In this document: positions 22,905-34,800 of the stretch, piece after piece
How positions within the stretch are numbered: position 1 is the stretch's first letter
Layout of the letters: each line of letters starts with the position of its first letter
Source: Podarcis bocagei
Taxonomy: Eukaryota
DNA: 64,000 bases
Direction: 5' to 3' (one strand)
NCBI GenBank assembly: GCA_964188305.1
Contig: OZ076901.1
Notes under the pieces: model-generated
Databases searched by the model: none
The model's input: the letters and a program-made list of their open reading frames with translations, nothing else
Told to the model about the DNA's origin: nothing
Translations under genes and position numbers: made by a program

Positions 22905-23365
22905 GAATTCAGTGCTGCTTCCTTGTTCAACTGCCTGGCTAAGTTCAAGGTGCTGGTTTTGGTCTACAAAGCCTGATATAGCTTGGGACCAGAATACTTG
23001 AAAATATAGTATCACCCCCTATATTACTAATTGATCACTGTGTTCTGCAGCTGAGGGTCCCCTGAAGATACCATCTTATCAGGAAGTCCATTCTTCACAA
23101 TGTATGTGTCAGACCTTTAGTGCTATGGCACCTACCCATTGGAATTCCCTCCCCTTGAATATTAAATGGAGGGCATCACTGTTGCCTGTTTGACACCTGC
23201 TGAAGACCTCGCTCTTTCAACAAACCTTTTCAGTTGAGATCTTTTCCTGACTGCATGTGTATTAGAATTGTGTTCAGGTGTTTTGATTGCTGTATCACCT
23301 GTGCCTTTGCTGCCCTGGGCTGTTTGGGGAGGAAAGGTGGCATATAACTTTTAATAATAAATAAT
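22905..23365 (+). mobile_element. Old L2 3' fragment
   Basis: TTCAAGGTGCTGGTTTTGGTCTACAAAGCC (FKVLVLVYKA) and downstream similarity to the 2474 copy; TAA-rich tail. Confidence 0.55.
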
Positions 23366-26300
23366 ATCAGCAACAACAATTTCAATGCTAGAGCATTTGG
23401 CCAACAGCCATTTTGTTTTGTGCAAACTGGGTGACATGTTTCCCCAACTCCCCATACAATCTGCTGCTAATTACTTTTACTGTTTCAGATTTAGGACTTT
23501 TCCTTGCTCCATATGTAAGCTCATTTGGACTAGGACTCTGTCACCTGCATTGCATTCCAGTATAGCAGGTAGTTAGGAAGCTGCCTTTATGCGCAGTCCG
23601 ATCCATCTAGCTCAGTGTTCTGTTTATAGACTGACGGCGTCAAAGTGCCTCCAGAGCCGAGGGTTGCCTGGTTAGAGCCCCAGCTTCCTGTTTGAAGATT
23701 GCTTTTTAAGACAGGCATTTGGAGTTCAGGGACAATATTTTTGTAGGCTGGTAGTGGTTGGTGTTTTTTATTGAATTTGTTGGTAGATCTTGTGGGTTTT
23801 TATTTTCGTTTCGTAAACAGCCTTGTTTTGCCAAGAAAATGAGATGGCGGGGTTTTCTTCTAAGCAAATGTGATCAGGAACAGCAACTAAGTCTCATTCT
23901 CCACCCAAAGGCATCATCACTCAGCCCAAAGATTCTGGGCTTCACTATTCCTCAGCCCTGCTGTATATGTGCACAGAGGGGTTCCAGCCTGCTCTTGCCC
24001 TTTTGCCGGTTGGCTCAGCTGACAGACGTGCCAGACAAAGTGTGGGCTCTGCAAGGTGCACAGACTGCTCCAGGGAATACGGGGCTTCCACAAAGCTGCT
24101 TCCTTTACCAGTGCTAAGCAAACATTTTGCATGCAAAAGGTCTCCATTTCAATCCCCAGCATCTCCAGGTAGGGCTGGGGGAAGAGCCACTGTAAGTCCA
24201 TGCCAACAGCACCAAGCTAGATAGACCAACTTTCTGACTTTTTTTCTTAACCAGTGGCCTGCAGGCTGTTTCTGGTCCACAAGATGTGTAATCCTACTAT
24301 TGACTGAAAGATCCTGTGTGAATACACCTGCAACAAAATGTTGCAGTGTGGAGTGCCCCTGTTAGCTGACTCCATTCCATGCCCCCTTCCAATTGGTTTC
24401 CCATTCCTCTCCCTTCATAATCAGCCAGCATTCCATGGTCACCAAGCATGCTCAAGCTTTCAATGGACTGTTTGGGGAGTTACCCTTCAGCAAGGTTTCT
24501 TTTTCTTCTGCAAACCTTGGAATTCACCCAAGGCTGCTGTTAGCTCCCTCTCTTGTGTGTGGGTGATGCCATCTTGGCTGCATAAGTCGTGGCACTCATG
24601 CCTGAACATCAGAAATAGAAGGAAGGATACTGCCTTCTGTTACTGCCAAGGAATGCCTTTTTCAATCAATCATGTTATCCAGAGGTAACTAAGGACAGAC
24701 TCGGGATTGCGACTGGAGGCTGATTAGCTATTTTATTGAGACTCTGTACGCCAGAATAGATTTCAGCAAGATCTCAGCACTGCAGAGCCAACAGCAGCCA
24801 AGAAGAGTAAAATGAGTAGTACCTTTAACACTGCACGGGTAAAATGATATGCACTGGAATATACAAACTGCACGTGGGGTGGGGGAGATTTTGCTAGCTG
24901 AACCAGGCGGAATGATGTCCTTTAAAAAGGACACAAACTCCCACCCTTTCAACTAAGACCCATGCTGAAAGTTGGGTGTTTAAGAGCTTGTAAAACCAAA
25001 TACGCTCACGTGCATTAAGTATGAGCATGAAAAGGTAGCTAAAAAGGTATTAGCATCAGATTCCAAAAAAAATATTTCCAACTGCCTTAATAGGGAGCAT
25101 TGTGGATATTTTCAGTGGCCCCAGCTGAGATGATACTTCATTTGTGCAGATATGAAATGTTATATTTTCTGAAGTGGTTCACAGGTGAGCAGATGTCCTT
25201 AGCAGGATGCTTAGTGTTATTTCATATTTTTATTGCACTGGCAGCCTGGTAGGCATGGTGCAATATATGTTTAAAAAAAGATGGAGAGAAGGGCTGCACT
25301 TACAGATAAACCTATGGGAAATTTGCCATGGTTTTTAAGTGGGAGGTACTGCAGCACATCCAAGGTGATCTCAATTCACTCTGCCTGGTTTGATCGGTGT
25401 GGGAACATGCTCACTTTCCCATTATACTTCAGCTTGCCAATTCATGCACCAAAATCAATCAGTCAATCGTTTTATTTGTCTGCCACCTTTCCAAAGTTAA
25501 AACCATGCTAATGGTGGTTTACAGCTTATAAAAACAATTACAGAACTACACACATAGCAATAGTAGTCATAAACAATAAACAAAACATCAAAAAAGTACA
25601 CAACCAAATCAAAAATTTCCACATAAGTCGTAAGATCCAAAATAAACAGCAACAACCCTTGCCCCCAACAAAACTCCCTAAACCATACCCTGGCCCAAGA
25701 TTCTGTCCAGCAGCCTCAGCTTTTGCAGCTGGAGTCATTCAGGGCCCTGCCTTTCCAGGCCAGGTGGGAAAAGACCTGCAAGGCAGGGAGCAGGTCTTCC
25801 AGGATTCACAGCCAAGATGGTCAGATAATTTATCTGTAAGCGTCAATCCATGTATCCAGAAGTGGTTGCTTTCATGATGTTACAAATTTGGGCATGACTG
25901 ACTGATGGCTGCCACCCATACATCCTAACCCAATAGTCTTCGACTTTTCAGACCCAGGATCCCCCCCTTCACCCCCAGCTTGCAAAATGGGACCCATCTA
26001 TTTTCTTGATAACATCTATTACAACTGATGTGTGATACAGCATCAGCATACTGAGAATTTCCCTGTCCTTCAAAACAGCAGCCAATGGAATGGGTGTAAG
26101 CAAACCTGGAGTCTGATGATGTCAGGACACACATTTTGTAACTACCTATTTCCCCAGGAGAGAAGGAGGTGGAACTAGGCTGCTTTTTCCCCATGGCAGA
26201 CATACATCTGCAATAACGCCCAGTTCTGGCCTGAGTTGGTATAGTGAAATGAATAGTGTGACCCTTGGCAATATAGCTTTGTGTGGATATGGAGGAGTTA

Positions 26301-27679
26301 AGGTCTCAAAGCCTAATTATCTCATAGGCTGCAGGAACGAAACATGTACATTTTCATGAGCCCTTTAGAATGGAGGCAGGAAAAAATCTAAATATAGAAT
26401 GGACTATTTCATGACTTGTAACTTCATGACAAGGCTCTGGTAGACCGTCACATCCTCTTATGCTAACGATTAGCAAATCTTGGTGCATCTCACCACTTAA
26501 CCAATGTATAAAAAAAGAAACATAAGACCAGGATGCTGAAGTTGCAGTAACTTTTTTTTTAAGTGTTGAAGAGCACAAAGTTTAGCATTAGAATCAAGAG
26601 TTGATTTCCCCAAGGTCCACCCAATCAGCTCCGGCCAGATTCCAAAGCGAGTGTTCTTGCTTGCAGCAGAGCTTTTAATTCTCATGGATGCACTTTGCAG
26701 TAGAACTTTGAACAAGGAAACGAAAGCATCATCTAGGGATCTCTTCTGCGTACATAAGATCCCCTTGATCAAAACTGGCAGCAGTTTACTCCACTGGCTC
26801 AAATGTGCAAGTGAAAGAAATCCGAGTCACGTCTGTGTTGTAGAATTATTGGAGAGGTTCTTTCTTCCAGGGGAGGTGAAAGCGGTTGGATATTGCAGAA
26901 TTTGGTCCCTGGGAAAACCGGTCATGGGGCTGAGGGTGGCTGAATAGGGGTGAGTTCACCATCCTGCTTCCCCTTGTTCTAGGATTTATATCCACAGGAC
27001 ACATTTCTCCTCGGCCAAAAAAGAGCGGAGTTCACCACCACCTCCCTTTGAGCCCCAGCACCAAAACTCTGTCTCCCACCATATCTTCTGCAACATAGGG
27101 CGCTGCCTTATGCTGAGTCAAACACTTGCTCATCTAGCTCAGTACTGTCCACACTGACTGACAGTGGCTCTCCAGGAGTTCAGGCAGGGATTGAACATGG
27201 GACCTTCTCCATGTGGAGCAGATGCTACCACTGAGCTATGTTCCTTTCCCCAGAGTTCTCATCCCATAATCCCCTGGGGCTTACTGTACCTGCTGAACCC
27301 TCTGAGCTTTTGGAGCTCAGTGGAACTGCTGCCTCACCTGCGTCAAATTGGTTGGCACTAAAGATGTGCTCAATGGGTTCCTGTGTTTCATTTTGTATAG
27401 CCATGTTGTGGTTACTTCTCTATAGTACTGCAGTGACGTGGGTGCAAAAGTGCTTCTGTTGCATATGATATGTCTGAACCTGCAATCATGAGTTCTGATA
27501 AAATTTGCTTTGGGTTGATAACAATAGCAAACAAAAATTGGGGTGGGGTGAGAGGTGGCTTGCCTTTAGATTTAAAAAAGGCAAAATTTGTAGGCGGGGG
27601 GGAAATTGCTATTATTTAACAAGTTATAAAAGAGCCTGTTGGAAAGGAGGCTTAATACTTAGTGGTGCCCAGGAACCAG

Positions 27680-27960
27680 GGCAAGACGCAGATGTTGTTG
27701 ATCAGCTTGGAAACAGTGACCATAGTGCTGTAAAATTCAACATAAATGCAAGTGGTTCCCAGGAAGTCCAGCAAGGTCACATTTTCAGTGTCAAAAAGAC
27801 GTCTTCTTAAAAGAGAAGGCATTGCTTAAAAGGAAGCTGCAAAGGAAGTGCCAGAAGGTTCAGATCTCTTCCGGACACTTGGAGATTATGTAAGACCAAT
27901 GTAGTAGAACCACAGATAAAAAGGATGCCATGGGTTCGTAAAGGGTACAAACAAATGGAA
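27680..27960 (+). mobile_element. Degenerate CR1 ORF2 fragment (end of endonuclease region)
   Basis: Encodes QLGNSDHSAVKF (the GxSDH motif of AP-type LINE endonucleases); frameshifted. Confidence 0.5.
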
Positions 27961-28310
27961 AAGTGTTCTGATGCGATCAACTGCTGCCCAAATGAGGGTG
28001 AATAAAAAGGAGCAGAAACTCATGGAGGAAATGTTTTATCACTGCATCCCATTTGCAAAGGTTGTGTACCTCTGAAAGTCAGTTGTTTCCTTCATGCACA
28101 GCTTGTTAACTTTCTGGAAGCTTCTGGTTGATCACAGTGGGCAATGTTGATACCCTAGAAGCAGCCGGACCATTGCTCTTGAGTTCTTATGTGAAAAAAG
28201 GCAATGGCGTTCCCTTTTGCTCACAAAAAAACTAGAGCTAACAGCATTTGATAGGTTTTCGGCCTTTTTCTTTGATTGGTTTGATTCCCTAAACATTTTC
28301 CTCCTTTAAA

Positions 28311-29162
28311 TCAGTTAGATAACAAGTCTTCTGGAGGAGGTGGTAGTAGTAGTTCTTCGCCTGGAATTTGATGGGAGAGAACTAGGGATCCAGAACCCTG
28401 GATCTCTGCAATTGGTTCAAGTGAGAGGGACTCTGTCTGCTTTGGACAGAGATCCTCATTAGCTCCATCAAGCCAGTTTGGCGGTGGAGGCAAATCAAGT
28501 GGCTCTGGACTATCAGACTGGAGTGGAACATCTATCAAGCTGCATGGTTCTTCAGAAATGGCAGTTTGCATGCTTGCAGAAGAAGCTGTTGCTGTGGAGC
28601 TTGACTGCGTGCCACTCTCTTCAGCCCCACATATAGGGGGAACATCCGGGCCTTGGCTTGATTCAGACAACTGTCCCTGCACATTTTCCAATAGCTGCGT
28701 ATCCTTGTTGAATTTCCAAGGCAAGAAGGAGAGAACTGAAGTCCGCCTCGTGTCTTGAATAGGTTCTTTATCCGCAGTCGTATCTGGTACCTCTCCATCC
28801 GCAAATGGGGAACGGCCTGCCCAGTGCGGGACAGGTGCAGCGGACCTTCTCCATCGCCTCCATAGGAAGATGCCAACAATAATTACTATCATGACAGTCA
28901 GGATGACCCCAATTACTACCGCTGCTATGAAGTGTCCACCATCGTGAGGTTTGGGATCTTCTGCTGCAGGAACCTGGGGCTGTGTGGTGGGTGTTTGCTG
29001 GTTGAATTTCACAGGGTCTCCAGGTTCGCTTGTTTCGTATGAATGTATGGGGTTTTTTCCACCAGTGCCAACTACTGCAGTGGTAGTGATCAGAAGTGTA
29101 GTTGATACGTTCCACCACAGCTGCCCGTAGAAGAAAACAAGCACAATGGCTCTGGAGTCCAT
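28311..29162 (-). CDS. EVI2B: Ecotropic viral integration site 2B protein (CD361), 283 aa, type I membrane protein
   Basis: Signal peptide, short T/P-rich ectodomain, TM FIAAVVIGVILTVMIVIIVGIFLW, diagnostic WAGRSPFADGE and RTSVLSFLPWK motifs, Pro-rich LPPPP C-terminus; acceptor ttgtgccacag, exon from 29188. Confidence 0.95.
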   Translation of the reverse strand: MDSRAIVLVFFYGQLWWNVSTTLLITTTAVVGTGGKNPIHSYETSEPGDPVKFNQQTPTTQPQVPAAEDPKPHDGGHFIAAVVIGVILTVMIVIIVGIFLWRRWRRSAAPVPHWAGRSPFADGEVPDTTADKEPIQDTRRTSVLSFLPWKFNKDTQLLENVQGQLSESSQGPDVPPICGAEESGTQSSSTATASSASMQTAISEEPCSLIDVPLQSDSPEPLDLPPPPNWLDGANEDLCPKQTESLSLEPIAEIQGSGSLVLSHQIPGEELLLPPPPEDLLSN

Positions 29163-29235
29163 AGTTGCGTCAGTGCTGATAAACGCTTCTGTGGCACAAA
29201 GGGAATAAAAGGCAGTAAATTATCAGAACCTAGAG

Positions 29236-29371
29236 CAGGCACCCCCAAACTCGGCACTCCAGATGTTTTGGGACTACAACTCCCACAATCCCTAGCTAAC
29301 AGGACCAGTGGTCAGGGATGATGGGAATTGTAGTTCCAAAACATCTGGAGGGCCGAGTTTGGGGGTGCCTG
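29236..29371. mobile_element. Palindromic hAT MITE family B with perfect 8-bp TSD
   Basis: ACCTAGAG|CAGGCACCCCCAAACTCGGC ... GCCGAGTTTGGGGGTGCCTG|ACCTAGAG. Confidence 0.92.
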
Positions 29372-31596
29372 ACCTAGAGGGTTGTATCCAACTCTGTTGT
29401 ACTCAAAATAGATCCATTGGAGTTAATGAACCCAAGGAAGTCATATCCATTGTTTTCAGTGGGTCTGTTCTGTGTGGCATTGGATACAACCGAGAATCTT
29501 TGATTTTTAAAATAAGTAGTGTTGTTTGTAACGAAAGTGTACTGACTCGTGCTATGATGGCCAGGATTCAACTCTGTCCTAGAGAAACAAAAGTTAAAAC
29601 TTTTCCATGGGCTTGACTTCCCTTACTGGGAAGTGTGAGAGTGTGAGAATTAAGTGGCCTCAGAGTTAGGTACATTTGAAGAATCTGATCATTGTACATT
29701 CCAATGTGACTAGCATGCAGAGTAAAACATGCAGATTAAAAATGTGTATTTTGGTGGGAAATACTTTAGAAGCACATATTTTGCGAGAAAACATGTTCAA
29801 AAGTACTTATTTAAACGCAAATTTTGGGGTAGATTTTTTTTCATTGCAGGTTAATGCAGAAATTACTTACTTACTTACTTATACCTAGCCATTTCCCCTG
29901 ATGGGACTCAAGGTGGCTTCCATATAAAAATGAAAACCACTAAAAACATAGAAAGAAATGGAAGAGAACGAACTTATGAGTGAACACATCCAAAATAGAT
30001 TCAGACCAGAAATACGTGGTTCTGTTCATTCCTAACATCTGAAGAGCACTTCCCATTCCTGTATGTATTTGTATCCCTGTTTGGAGTGTGAGTTACTCAC
30101 TGGGAAGAGGCAGGTCTGGAGCAGTAACTCGTATAGAAACAGAGTAATTAGCCTGCATCTTTAAATGGGGGATGATTAATCCATTCACAACCGATAGAAA
30201 GACATGAAAGAATTCCCCTTCCCCTAACTGGGCCTGACTGAAAGAAGACTAGCCCAGAGCGAAAACAACAGAGTTTTGTGGCACTTGGTTTAATGAAGGG
30301 ACATGCAGGAAGGGCTCCAGGTTTGAGGGGGCCCAGGGCAAAATGCCCTCTGGCAAGCCCCCTCATCCATTGGTAGGTGGTGAGCAGCAGTAGCATGACA
30401 AGTGACTCTGGGTGACTGGGTCGAGCTACCATTTAAATTTCCCACAGTGCTCCTGGAGTGAAGCTGCATTGTGAGAAATTAAAATGACAGTGCAATGCAG
30501 CTGCTGAGAATGCTCAGAGCACCAGGTCAGAATTCTTTTTAAGGGCAAGGCAGGCACCAGCAGTGGGTCCTGCTGGGGTGCTGAGGAACCCTATGAGTGG
30601 GAACTCTTGCCTTGGGGCAGGCCTTCTGAAGGCAATCTTAATAGCAGCTGTCCTCAGTAAAATGCTTTCAAGGTCTGTGCATCCATTTTAAAGGAGTAAC
30701 ATTTTAAACATGCAAACCTGAAGGGATGGAACTAGAAATCTTAACAATACGGGGGGGGGGGTCTTGGTCCAGATTGGATCCTGCAAATGTGAACCCCGCC
30801 CCCCTCTTTTGGGGGAATCTCAAGAATGAGCGATAGCATGGAATCTTTAAAGTGGAACACTGTTTTGCAACAGTTCAAATTATCTGTATATGTCAATAGC
30901 TTACATTAGCAGCTCTGAACTACACATTCTGTTGTGAAATCCTATACAAACGTGTGAGTAAGCCTCGTTGAACTAAGTAGGGCTTACTTCAAAGTAAACA
31001 GTGTTGCGGCATGAGCCTTTTTACTTTTTTATGCTATCATGAATTACTCCTGTGATGAAGGTCACTGAACTTATCTTGCTTTCATTGCAGCTCAAATTCA
31101 ATTGTTGCAGCCAATTGCCCTTTAACTCCAATATACACACATATATATTTACAGACACACATAGATACTCCTTTTTTTCCACCTTTGTGTTTACTTACAT
31201 AAATTTGTTGGTACTTAAGATGCCCCAAAAGTTTGTGGATTTTTTTGTTGTGATTTGACTGTTGGTTGCAGAAATTCCATCCAGAGATTTTACTAAAGAT
31301 AACAAAGTTGCAAGCAAGAAAAAAAGAATTCATGCATTTGTTGTTATAATCCCAGTAGTAAGTAAAAATAAAGAATAAAATGAAGGGCGTATTTTTGCAT
31401 AATGTATATATCTCTTTTGGAAGAAAAAACCCTCACTTAATATAACATTAGCCTTGCATGTGATAGGGAATGCAAAACTTTTTTTTTTTTTAAAAAGAAC
31501 ATTCCAAAAAGTAAAGCACACATTCCTAAGATATTCAATACCAGTTTTACTGTTCTAGAGGTGTTTTTTATCCAAAGAAGTATAATTGTGTCTTAC

Positions 31597-31670
31597 CTGT
31601 TCGATATCGTTTCTTGTTCTAACCAGGTTCTCGTTTTTAAGTTCACATTTTAATGGTTCAAGAGCAGAGA
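31597..31670 (-). other. EVI2B: Candidate EVI2B non-coding exon 1 (5' boundary uncertain)
   Basis: Donor CAG|GTAAGA at 31597/31596, immediately downstream of a cluster of myeloid TF motifs. Confidence 0.6.
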
Positions 31671-31800
31671 AAAGGAAGCACAACACAACAAAGTGTTTCT
31701 AAATGGCTGGTGGTTTACACGTTGCAAAATGATCCTATTTTCACTTAAAGAGGAAGTTTATCAACACTTTTTGCAGGAAGCCCCAAGAACTGAGAAGTGA
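31670..31800. promoter_or_regulatory. Candidate EVI2B promoter with PU.1/ETS, C/EBP and RUNX-like motifs
   Basis: AAAGAGGAAGT 31747-31757 (PU.1 consensus), TTGCAAAA 31722-31729 (C/EBP), GGTGGTTT near 31709 (RUNX-like), further GGAAG cores near 31674 and 31776. Confidence 0.55.
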
Positions 31801-34800
31801 TTAAGTGTGTGGACATTTTTCTCTGCAAAGGCTGTACTCTGGGCAGCTTTCTCTGTGGAAGCATTTTTCGGTGTCTAACCAAATTTTAATGGTAGCAGAT
31901 GGAAATTAGAGAGTTTTTGTGCCTGTGAAGAGAAAACACAGCCAATCAAATGTTGATGTTGTTAAATTATGTGACATTTACATTGACACAAATATAGGTG
32001 CTTCTGTTGCTTTTTCTTGGAAGGCCAAGGAAATAATTGCTCGGAGCGTGCCTACACACACTCAAAGCACATTCACCCCTCCCTGCAAAAAGAATACTGA
32101 GAACTGTAGAATATCCAACAGGTACAATTCTCAGCACCCTTAATGAACTAGAGTTCTTGGGATTCTTTGAGGAACTTGTGTATTTTAAATACGGTATATA
32201 GTCACTTGCTGGTCCAGCATAGATGTTACACATCTATTTCTTTTAAACATGGTTAAAAAATTAGGAGCAGGCTGTAAGAGTGTGTTCTTCCTCCCCAAAC
32301 CCTTCCATCCTCCATGTGACTCTCCTGTACCTCAGTCTTTGCCCCAGTGATACAAAGCATTGATTTAACCATGGCTTACGATATTCAAGTTCCTACTGAA
32401 CCAAGGCCTTCACCCTTATTTCAAAATCAAGATGTGAACCTAGTGTGATGTAGTTGTGGGAGTTTCTGAGCTGGTCAATGCATGTTCAGATTGCCAGTCT
32501 CCGCATCTTGTGGCCCTTCAGAGCCCAGTACAATACATAGCTCAGTTTGCTAAGCCTGTGCCTGCTCAGAGAGCCAGGTGCCCGTGCAAGCCTTGCTTTT
32601 CCTTCCCCATTCTCAGCTGCTAAACGGCATTAAGGAGCAAGCTGAAGGTTCACACCGAGCATTTGCCCGGATGCGTTTCCATATGAGCAAGTTCCGTAGT
32701 GACTGTTGGCAACTGAGGCAACTGTGAACAGGAAGCGCTGTGTTCCTTTGTGGTTGCAAGTGGGTGTTGTGTAGCTCGGAGTTCTTCCTCCTCCTCTTTG
32801 CTTAGCTAAGCTGCTGTTTTTGCTTCCAAGGGGAATTTTCTTCTCTGCTTGCTTGGCTCCTTGTTGAAGGAGCGGTTGCCAGGCTCCTTGGTGTTTTCAA
32901 AAATGGCTAGGCTTCTGTTTGGATGTTCTCACTTGGTTTTGAGTAGCTGGGTACATGGAGGAGAAGTCTTCTGTTCTCCCTGCCCAAACTCTCAGCTTGA
33001 GTAGCCCTGCACGGGGAAGTTGCTGAGGTTCAAAATGACTCAGTTAGGGATGCAAATTTCTCCAGCCCATAATGCTTCATTGCACCTGTGCATTCTTGCA
33101 CTTTGGACTGCAGATCTAAGCATGTTCTTGTGGTTCTTGACATGGAAGGTGGCATTTCATTTTTGGCAAGCCTCTGTAATCCTGTTGTCCACATTGATAC
33201 CTATTACTATATGTGTTTGTGAGTATACATGCACATGCATGTGCATGGGAGCCGGGGATCGTTCCAGAAGCACCCATAAAGCTGCCTATTGTAAATTAGG
33301 TCGCTGATCGTAAAACTCTCTAAGTGGATCTGGTTGTGCTTTGGTTAAGTATATATCAGTTAGTAGGTTCCGGTGATCAGCTGATGGACACAGTGAATTG
33401 TCTTGTCTAAAGTGCTGGGTCAATGAGTCTCTTCTGTTTGTAGTCGGTCTTATTTTATTTAGGCAGGCTGGACTTTGTTTACTTTAATTTACTTAATTTA
33501 ATTATTTATATTCTGCCCGTGTGGCTGAGTTGTCCCAGCCACTCTTGCTACAAGCATCTTAGCTCAGCTCAGGTCCTACCTGCCATCTTAACTTCCTCCT
33601 TTTCTCCTCACCTGGGTTTCAAGATGTATATTGGGTTGTGGATGGTGTTGTGCTCTCCCTCCCCACAATATTAACCCCAGCTTTGCCCCCCAGCTTCCCT
33701 CAGCTTTTACTTAGCAGTCCCTGGATAGGAGCTGGCATTAACAGTCAATATGCTTGCTCATTTTCTACCCTTCCCACGTAAGAAGTTGACTTATACTGAA
33801 TCTGGCCCTTGGTCCATTTAACCGAGTATTATCTGGTAGTGGTTCTCAATGGTTCTGGGTAGGGGTCTTTCCCAGCCTTACTTGGAGATGTTGGAATTCA
33901 GTCTGGGGTTTTCTACGTGCAAATGGTGTGCTTTACTGCTGAACTGCAGCCATGTCCCTTAGCTTGTGTTGGGTTTGGGGTAGGTGGGCTTGATAAATTT
34001 ATATTTCCTGCACATCAGCTGTATGATGTTGGCTAGAGCTTCAAGCCTATGTTCACTAACAACTTTGGAAGTTTGATACTAATATATAGATATTTATTTC
34101 CCAAACCAAAATCATACGTATCTTGGGTGGGGAGAGGAAGAGATCACATCATCTGCTCATTGGGGAATAAGCTGAGTCACTTGGCAGTATGATCATTTTA
34201 AAAATCCCATTGAATACTTTTATTTCCTGGGGGTGGATGGGTGGAGGGAGAGACATGCCTAACATGGAACCACCTGCTGTAAGTCTTGACTAAAAATGAC
34301 TTGGCTCAACTGCACGGCAGTTCAGAAAGTCTCATGCTGTGCCAAGCACATTCAGGAGATGGATTAATCACTAGGCTAAGTATGCAGCAGCAGAAAGTCC
34401 CAGACAGATTATGAGGTTTTTCTATGGTGTCATTATCCATATGTCTTCCCCTACCCAGCATAGGAGCTCACCCCCCACATCCTTGAGTTAAATTCTTCTT
34501 TTTTGAAAATTTCACGTAACATGGAGATTGGGGCAAGACTTTGCATTTGACCTCCCCACCCCCCAGCATAGCTTTTGATCTTAAGGGCCTCCTCTTGCCT
34601 CAAGCAGTGTTCATCATGTGTGATGAAGGGGGATGTCTTTGCATTGGGGGCCGAGGGGGTTAAAAGGACACAGCCTCCAAATCTGCTTGTGTGGGAGTGA
34701 GTCACCGAACAGAGCCAGTTATTGCCGAACCTCCCATGCTTTCTTCTTTCAAAATATAGCTTTCAGCTAGGGAATAGCAGCTGCACACTTCTTATTATAG

